From Paramecium tetraurelia (taxonomy: Eukaryota), in assembly GCA_000165425.1 (NCBI GenBank), contig CT868016.1, positions 124,001 through 188,000 on the forward strand: a DNA stretch of 64,000 nucleotides, read 5' to 3'. Below are positions 55,299 through 64,000 of this stretch, piece after piece. The notes below the pieces were generated by a model. The model was not told the DNA's origin, did not search any database, and worked only from the letters and a program-made list of their open reading frames with translations. The position numbers and the translations under genes are program-made. Positions within the stretch are counted from its first letter, which is position 1. Every line of letters begins with the position of its first letter.

Positions 55299-56330
55299 AT
55301 GTTTCAAACCCTATAAAAATTAAGGGTCATGTGCTTTATGTTCGCCACAACTGCCGAAAGGAAAGTCCCACCTACACCCTCCAATGCGCCTTTCGCCTTG
55401 AATAATCTTTGGGACAACCCAGGAGCCAGTAAAACACAAAAGAGATGGGGAAGAAGTGGCACCAGAGGAAATGCCTGTGGAAGAGGACAAAGAGGACAAG
55501 GAGCCCGTTCAGGAGCAGGAGTCCCTCCCAAATTCGAAGGAGGACAAACACCCTTGACCAGAAGACTTCCTAAATGGGGTGCCAAACCAAGGTACTCCAA
55601 AATTAAGCATATTTAGTTTGGAAATTTATCGAGAAGTCAACATCTGTCAAATCATTGATAGAATCAAACAAGGAAGAATCGATGCCACTCAGCCTATCCA
55701 AATAAAGGACATGTTGGAATCAAGAATTTTTAGCAAATGCAAATACGGAGTCAAACTATTGGCTAGAGGAGCTGAAAGATTGAGTGAATTGAATACTCCT
55801 TTAACTATTGAAGTATCAGATGCTTCAAAAACCGCTATCGATGCAATAAAGAAGGCGGGAGGTGAAGTCAAAGTTATCTACTTTACACCCCTTTTATTGA
55901 GATAACATTTATTCCCAGATAAATATCCATTAGAATTAAGACCTGCTCTCCCTCCCTCAAGAGCAGTTGAAGCTATCCAAAGAACAGAAGAGAGAGGAGC
56001 TGTCGCCGATTACATCAAGCCTAAGTGGGTTATTGAGGATGAAATTGAAAAGAAGAAATTAGAGGAGATGGCCAAACTGGATGTAGATACTCTCAAAGTT
56101 CAATTGCAAGGAGCTGAAACTGTTGAGACTGTAAAGAAAGAGAAGAAGAAGAAGGTTTTAAATTATAATGAATATTATAGAAATAAAAATAATAAGAAGA
56201 GAAATAAGTTAGCACTCTGGATTTAACAAACTTCAAATATCCAGTTAGCAGGGAACCTGGATGTGGCAAAGGCAAAATCAAACAGCGCAAACCAGTAGTG
56301 TATAAAAAGTTAACGATAAACTTGGATTGA
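55299..56330 (+). CDS. MRPL15: Mitochondrial ribosomal protein uL15m
   Basis: [10 protein letters not shown]...KRWGR...[12 protein letters not shown]...[34 protein letters not shown]. Confidence 0.92.
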
Positions 56331-56345
56331 GTTATTCATATAATT

Positions 56346-57568
56346 TCATAGTAAATAAAATGCATATTATTATGAACAAATATGAGCATGCTTTGTAGGT
56401 TGAAGTGTGTTTTATAATATTTGAAGTGCTTCCTAATGTTTCTTCTCTGTGAAATATTTATCTTCCTGTCTATTTCTAAAAAATTATATGTTTCTCATAA
56501 TTTGATCTCCAACTATAAAGTACATTCCCGTAATTTTATTCGTAGTACGACTCTTGATGTATTCAATTACACAATCTCTCAAACTAATTCTTAATAAGAT
56601 CATACTTTTCTGCTCTGTCTTCTGGAGATTCTATGGGCATTTGTTCCTTTTTAAATTGTTATTTACACTTTTTCTTTATATCGACTACCTTTTGAAGATA
56701 TGTTAATTTAGATTAAATTTGGAGACAATTTTCAGAGCATTCTTGCAGAATCCTTTTAAGATTTAACTATATCAAATCCTATTGTTCATACTTAAATATA
56801 TGACAAAGGACATAATATAATTTCTAGAGATTTGGTTTCGCCTTTTAAAGAAAGAGATGAATCATCTTACAATTTCCAGCATACAATATTTTATTTTTTA
56901 AATCCTCAAGGCTGAAGGTATTGTTTTCATTTACAACTTCTTCGATCATGATGATTTATTCTGGCTATTTAAATGTATGTATCAAATGATTCACATTTAT
57001 CCAAATCTAATTCACATTCCTTTAATAACTCAAAACATCATTTGGATGAATGCGAGGGGGTTACATTATGCAATCATACTAATCATTTATTTAAGATAAG
57101 TTATTAGTTAATAAGACTAATATGCATTCAGATTTAATTTTTTAGATTAACTATCTGTTAAGTGAGACTGATTCACCTATGATGGCAATCCTTTATAGAT
57201 GAGTTGTATCTCTATTACCTTTATATAGTATTTTTGGTTAGGCTATATTTAATTAATAGATATCAATCATCTCATATTTAATATCTGCAAACTTTGGTTT
57301 ACTTATTAATGTTATATTCTTACATGATGAGACTGGGCTGAGTTTACAGACCAATTAATCTTCTTGAAGAATTCTTCTTATTTTATATGGTGTTGACTGA
57401 GATTTGTTTCTCCTTCAAGGGCTCACTATGGAAATGCGTATCATGAACTGATATTGTTCTACTCGTTAACTATTAGGACTATTAATTGTGATTGGTAGGC
57501 AATCTTCGAACAATTTAAGAGTTTTTCGAAGACCGAGTTGCTATCACATTTATTTGTAGACATTACAT
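56346..57568 (-). CDS. Hypothetical protein
   Basis: Code-6 frame is open after removing one 22-nt intron near 57300; start uncertain. Confidence 0.5.
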
Positions 57569-57854
57569 ATGGAAAGCTAACGAATCGGAGTATTCTTTGC
57601 AATTAGTAGAGTGCTAAAATCATTTTCTGAGGGAGGTTTCATATTCATTCTCTTAGTCAATCTCGTTATATTTAATCTCATCATTTATAAATTATTAAAT
57701 TGCCAAAGGAATATTAATATTATTTTAATACAGTTTAGTTTGAATAAAGTTATACCTTAATAAACTCTATTAGATTGTAAGTATTTAATAATATTACAAA
57801 GTGTATTTAACTATTTTATACTCTAAACATCCTAAACAAACAAAAAACAAATAA

Positions 57855-60341
57855 TCACAAAACTCCAAATTTCTTCATAACTTTTATTAGATCCTCCATG
57901 TTTAATGGCTTTTCCAAATGATAGTCTGCTCCGCATTGTTAGGATCTCAGTTTATCATCAGATCCTGAAAAGGCTGTAACTATTACAATAATCGATCGAG
58001 ATAGTTTTTAGATTTGTTCAAATTTCCTTATCTCTTATGTACATTAATACCCATCCATTTCTGGCATATTAACATCCATGAAGATTATATTCATTTACTC
58101 CTTAGAGTATAAATCGAATGCTTATTTTCCATTGAAGGCTTTGAACAATTTGCAATTAATCACCACTTAATTAAGCATGGCACTCAAAGCAATTATATTA
58201 AAAGGAGTGTCATCAACAATAAGAATCTTAAAGGAATCATCTGGAGTAGTTTCTAATTTGTAATATGTTTGAGCCTTCTTTAATTAAATTCGTTTCTATA
58301 TTTTAGAATTAATATTATTAAATGATGGAAATCGAGGAACAATCTACTTTTGATGCAAATCCTACTCTTGTATGGAACTCTCAAGTTGTTGCTATAAAAT
58401 CCTATAGATCTTGAATTTAAAGGTGGATCCCTTGCCTACCTGCGATTTAAGTTCAATTTTATCTGATGGCCCCAAAAGAGAAACCAATTATTAACTAATT
58501 GTTAAACCCAAACCAACTCCATGTCTGTTATTTTTACCGATATCATAGGTACTGTACAATCTAAATAGATTCTTCTAGATTTCTTCTGGAATTCCATACC
58601 CAGTATCCGAAACGGATATTTCTATTAAATCTGCTTCAAGTTGATGAGTAGCTAAAATTGAGATTTCACCTTGCATAGTAAACTTAATGGCGTTGGCGAC
58701 CAAATTGATGAGCACTTGTTTTAATCTGGTTTCATCTGTTAGAAGGGTACTGTTTTTCTCATTGATGTTATTTTGCCAAATTAGTTTGACTCCTTTTTCA
58801 AGAGATTGCTTATTCAACAATTAGTTTATAAATTTAAAGGTGTTATTCAAATTAAAGGTTTTAGGTATCAATCTTAACTAACCTTTGTTGATTTAACTAT
58901 AATCGAGTAGATCATTTATCATTGACAATAACAATTAGCCGGACTAATTAAATTCATCCAAGTGTGCACATAATTATTCGATGTTACTCAACGTAATCGA
59001 GGTTTTTTATTATAATATGTGCTACATTATTTCGATGTCAATCATCATTCCATTCAAAGGAGTCTTTAAATCATGGGAGACTGTTGCCAATAATCTATCC
59101 TTGTATTGATCCATTTCTTTTAGATGCTTCAATCTAATCTTTTCTGAGATATCATTCATTATAACCAAAATTGAATTTCTATTTTCCCAAATGCAATTCA
59201 ATACACGAATTTCAAAATGAGATTTTATTTTTACTTGTGACTTTGTAGATAGAGATACTTTGGATTAGGAATCAAGCTTGAAACACAAATAGTAATCGCT
59301 AACATCAGATATATCATATTCATTGTTTATTACTGATGATCTATCACTTGAGGTTTATTGGAATTACCCCTCCACTTAATTTAGTTTTTATTAGAGGATG
59401 TCATAGATGCTAATACAGGTATTATATGTCTCTTGTTCTGTTTCTTATTCAGTTTGGATAAATATACACTTTAATTTTCGAATAATTTCATTCTCATCAG
59501 AAACTTAAAGGTATTTTATTGCAAAATCATTCGTGTAAATCAATTTCATTTCTTTACCAGTCAGAGTACAATCTTGCAAATCATCACTTTATCCAGATAA
59601 GATTAGAATTGAATTCAAAACTGTTTTATCAAAAATGTTCTTGCAGGCATTCAAGTTTGAAGTCTGTTAACATATCTTATAAAAATCCAACCTCTTATAA
59701 TATTCCAAAGAACGAAAGAATATAAACAACATAATCAATAACACATAAAAAGTCCAATAAATTGAGCCAATAATTCCCACTAAACCTACCAATAAGATTG
59801 TTGCTGCAACTAATATTAATCCTTGACAAAACCATAATGGGCAAACTATTAAATAGCTAATTATAATTATTCCAGTTTATATTCCGGTACTTAAAGCCTA
59901 AGCGGTGGTTTGCTAATTACATTATTTATTTAATAATTGTGCTTATATATAAACATTTGTTATTAATATCGTCGAAAAAGCACTAATTATCTCCGATATT
60001 GAAATAAAGTATTTATAATGTATTTTCTGTATGTTTGCTTACGAAATTAAGCATACTATATGCCAAAAACTAAATCCAATTCTTAAATATGCCACTGTTT
60101 AATTTTTCAAGACAAACTGATTATTAATAAAGTAGATAAAATTGATAAAGAAATGGATCAAATATGATAGTCTAAATAGAACAATTATTCTTTTTTTCTC
60201 CTTATTTGAATATTTTACTTCTATATCTGAATTTCTAAATTGTAACGTCCATAGATTCATAATTTTTTTTGGCTCCAAATCGGTCTAGGCTTCCTCTGGA
60301 TGCAAAAAGAACTTTACAATGAATTAATAAATTTTTAACAT
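57855..60341 (-). CDS. Membrane hybrid histidine kinase (TM - HisKA - HATPase - receiver)
   Basis: H-box ATVSHDLKTPLNG, N-box RLKQVLINLVANAIKFT, G1 VSDTGYGI, G2 GVGLGL, receiver ILIVDD...FMDVNMPEMDG...EKP; intronless 828 aa. Confidence 0.95.
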
Positions 60342-61439
60342 TAATAAATAAGAATAAAATATTGATAAGCGAAATCCAATTAAATTAAAATTATACAAAT
60401 TGGGAATTAATATTAGCAGTATTACATAATGAGGTTATTTTCCATAATCAAAAAATCTTTCATAAAAGTCAGAATTAATACAAATCAATTATATTTGTGT
60501 ATTTTACAAACCATTAAAATATTATAAAATGGATAAAACCAAATTTTCTTCTATTCCTCATAATTTTATTTTTCCTTATTCTTCTTTCAAAGGAACTAAA
60601 CTTAAGAGGTGATAACTATTGTATTACTCCATTTCAGATCTAATTTCCATATGTCCATTATTAATAATATTAGCCTTAAAGTTAATTAAAGCAAACTTAT
60701 TTTTAAAAAATTCTTCAATTAATATTTTTTTGTTTACTTGATCAATTAATTAAATATTTATTCTGACAAACTTTTATACATTATCCATAATAATCCATAT
60801 CAAATGGACTAAATATTTAACATATTACATAGTATATGAAGATTGATGGTTCGGTATATATGGTAACATTAACCTAAAAATACTTTCCTATAAATTTATT
60901 TTTAAAAATATATTAATTTTGATAGAATTATTTTCTTATTTATCAAATTAATTAAGAATATACGGATTCACAGGGAAATAGGTTACAAAGCTTACAGTCC
61001 AAAAATCTAATAACTAACATTAAAGAATTGATATTATTTTTTCAATTTTTGAATATTAATAAGTTTATTTGAATTTGAAATACATATTAATAGATTATTT
61101 TGATTACAATATATGATGAAATTGAATCGCTATCTTGAAGAACTCTTCAAAATAAGTAATTTTAATTTAAGGTATAGATTAATGTTGAAAACTAAAGGAA
61201 AAGTGAAAAGTTACTTAATTATATGTGAATATTAGTTCAATTATTTTAATCTAAGAGGATTAGAGTTTGTAGATATGGATAGATTTAGGGCTTTAAATTT
61301 AAATTAAGGTTGTTAATGTGAAAAATCGGTAGTAGCACTAATTTAGTACGTCACTATAAATCAGATCTTGGAAACAAGTATAGGATTGGAGGAAAGAGTA
61401 TATTTAGGATAGTAAATATCAAATAAATTAATATAAATA

Positions 61440-63047
61440 ATGTCCAAATTTTAATAAGATGGTATAACCATCTGTTTACTGGGGGGGTTCCAGAAGTGGC
61501 CTTCCAGTGCTCAACATTCCTTCACTCCTCACAAATGTGGATTAAGGGTATAAATTTTCACATTACTATTTTCAAGTTTGTTAAATAATTTACATGGCAT
61601 TATAAGGATTATTTATAGAAATTGAATGGCAAACCAATTTAAGTGCCAGTGAGGATTTTCACTTCTCCGAAAGAAGGTAAAATTTGGGTTGATTTTGGTA
61701 GGGAAATATAATGATGGTTATGATAATGAAAACCATGATCTTATAATCAGATAATATGACAAATTATACAACAGCAAAAAGAATATGTAAGTCATGTGAG
61801 GTTTATTGTTAAGAACATATATTTGCGAGGCTCTGTTAGGTGCAGGAACATTCGGCTAAGTGATAAAATGCAGTGTAGAAGGAACGAAACAATAAGTTGC
61901 AATAAAGGTATGTCATTGTGAGGATAATTAGATCATAAAAAATTAACATGCTTTTCAAAAACAACAAAAAATAGAAATAAATGTGCTAAGAACTCTCTAA
62001 ACATTCTCAAAAGAGCAAAACATTTAAAAAAATCGTATAATCTAACTAAATGATTAATTTCTACACAAGAAACACGCGTGCCTAGTTTTCCCTTTGTTGG
62101 CATAGAACTTATTTGAAGTGATGAAGACAAATCGATAAGAAGCATTTAGTGTATCGTTGGTCCGAAAATTTCTCAATCAAATAGTGACTGGACTCACAGT
62201 GGCTGAACAATGTGGAGTTGTTCATGCTGATCTGAAACCAGAGAATATAATGATCGAATAAAAGCAGCCTGTATTGGATGATTGTTCTCTTTAAATCATT
62301 GATTTTGGATCCAGTTGCTTTATGAATGACAAACACCCTTATATCTACATTCAAAGTCGTTTCTACAGAGCTCCAGAGATAATTTTAGAGAATCACTATT
62401 ACAATAGTATGAATATGGAACTATGAATTATTAGCTAAAATTGATATCTGGAGTTTGGGTTGTATAGCAGTGGAATTATTATAGGGTAATCCCCTTTTTC
62501 CTTGTGGGGACCAATACTCCTGTTTGGAGCGAATCATTCAAGTGACCAGACCTACAATAAGTAATGCGTTTGAATATGATATTTTAGCTATGCAGGGATA
62601 TGTGAAAACTGCTCCTGCTTCAAAAAAATACTTTAACTTACTTCAAAATGATACTTTTCAATTAAAATCGAGGGAGCAATTCACAGCTGAGTTTCCTCAC
62701 TTAAAAATAAAAACTAAAGAGGGGTACAATTCTATGCATCCTATAAAGATACTTACCGATCTAGCCCAATATTACAATTAGCAATCTTCAAAAGGTATGA
62801 AAATGAATGCGATATTTGTGTAGATCAACCTACATTCAATTAATTTCTGGATTTCGTGTAGAAATGTCTTGAATGGGAGCCAAGTGCTAGGATGTCTGCC
62901 TAGGATGCTAGTTAACACCCATTTTTGACTGGATAAAATCAAGGATTTGAAATCAACATAGATTTAGATGACTTGTTTGCAAAATTGGATACGTAATCTA
63001 ATTAAAGTAGTACTTCCTCTTTTTATGAAGACCAACCAGAGTTTTGA
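61440..63047 (+). CDS. DYRK-family kinase, YAK1-like
   Basis: GYDNENHDLII, LGAGTFGQV, HADLKPEN, IDFGS, YIQSRFYRAPE; several tiny introns. Confidence 0.88.
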
Positions 63048-63284
63048 GATATTTCCCATTCCTCAGATTAAAATGTTCATTCAAATAACAATAAGTAAAA
63101 AAAAAAATAAAAATTCCATTTGAATGATGTTTTGATCATTAAGAGGCAATTAATTAAAACAAATAATAATTTTTCACAATATATAACTTATATTAGAACT
63201 CATCGATTCAGTAAATTAAATTCTGCTATATAATTCAATCAATTGTTGGATTTCATTTCATTATTAAATAATAATAAAACTCAA

Positions 63285-63464
63285 ATGGGTCTTTGCCAAT
63301 CTACCTAATCTACTCTTAAACTCCCTCGTATTCCAGCCCAAAAACACATCCAGATCAACTTTGAAAAGATTAAAGAATACGAAATCGAATATGCTCGTCA
63401 ACAACCATTTACAAAAAAGCAATCTACTGAGGGATCCTCACCTCTCAGCCAAGTGGACAAATGA
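63285..63464 (+). CDS. 59-aa microprotein with a MGLCQS dual-acylation-like N-terminus
   Basis: Intronless ORF MGLCQSTQSTLKLPRIP...SPLSQVDK*; markedly less AT-rich than its flanks. Confidence 0.7.
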
Positions 63465-63912
63465 ATCTGAACATGATTTCCTTATTTTCATAATCTCCAA
63501 TCTATAATATGTGATATAATGTAAATTTCGCCTTTCATCTCAGCTCATCAATTGCGAATGATTGACGTCAGATGTTTTCTTCACATAATTAATATCGCTG
63601 AAAAAAATGAAATTTCTAGAAATCAACATTGAATTCTTCTAATTGAAGTTGATAGATAAAATTATCAGGTTTTAACAGAATGATCACCATAAATGTCATT
63701 TAATCATCGGGAACAGAATTGGTATGAAAATTTAAAACAATACTGGTTAGTCATTTAATTAACTATCATTAAAAAAATGATAAAATAATCCAATTATAAC
63801 ATATTACTTGATTACAATAAAATAAATATTATAAAAGAATAAATCGGTCGCTTTCTTATTATGAAGTTTAGAATTAGAAAATATTATTTTTATATAATAT
63901 TAATAGATAAAA

Positions 63913-64000
63913 ATGGATTAGAGTAAATACCAAATAAAGAATGAACTCTTAAATTTGAGTTTTACAGAAGAACAAATTGCTCAAGTATTACCAAGTGCTG
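63913..64000 (+). CDS. 5' end of a gene (partial), UBA-like N-terminus possible
   Basis: MDQSKYQIKNELLNLSFTEEQIAQVLPSA, running off the window. Confidence 0.5.

Noticed and set aside
60480..60700. Coding-like minus-strand fragment (…EEQGKIKL*GIEENLVL) in the 1.1-kb intergenic gap
   Set aside because: Too short and interrupted to support even a pseudogene call without a homology search.
63045..63122. Possible TGA readthrough extension of the YAK1-like kinase (DISHSSDQNVHS...)
   Set aside because: Only ~24 further codons and no supporting signal; chance or a recent stop gain explains it.

Overview
AT-rich, very gene-dense ciliate macronuclear DNA, almost certainly Paramecium (aurelia-type). 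TAA/TAG read as Gln, TGA is the only stop (translation table 6), and introns are mostly 21-28 nt GT..AG. The supplied standard-code ORF track therefore only shows fragments, and I re-read the genes by hand in code 6, so the boundaries are manual estimates. About 40 protein genes are present, including a P1B Cu-ATPase, PXMP4, an OXR1-like LysM-TLDc protein, RIB43A, fibrillarin, PAM16, SDHB, RING ligases, a large Rdx(SelW-like)-WD40 protein, FAM161, a PHD/ePHD protein, a cyclin, SFT2, RPT6, four Ser/Thr kinases, an HMG-box-like protein, syntaxin 16, uL15m and a hybrid histidine kinase. The most interesting signal is an orphan structured ncRNA candidate on the minus strand (~13452-13675). It lies behind a ciliate snRNA-type upstream element (AAAACCCCCATAAA) plus a TATA box, and I cannot match it to any known snRNA, telomerase, SRP or RNase P/MRP RNA. 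Also notable are a P1B-ATPase lacking the catalytic TGE motif, an Rdx-domain/WD40 fusion, a 170-nt intron and divergent genes only 13-24 bp apart. No CRISPR, tRNA, rRNA, telomere or transposon was seen.
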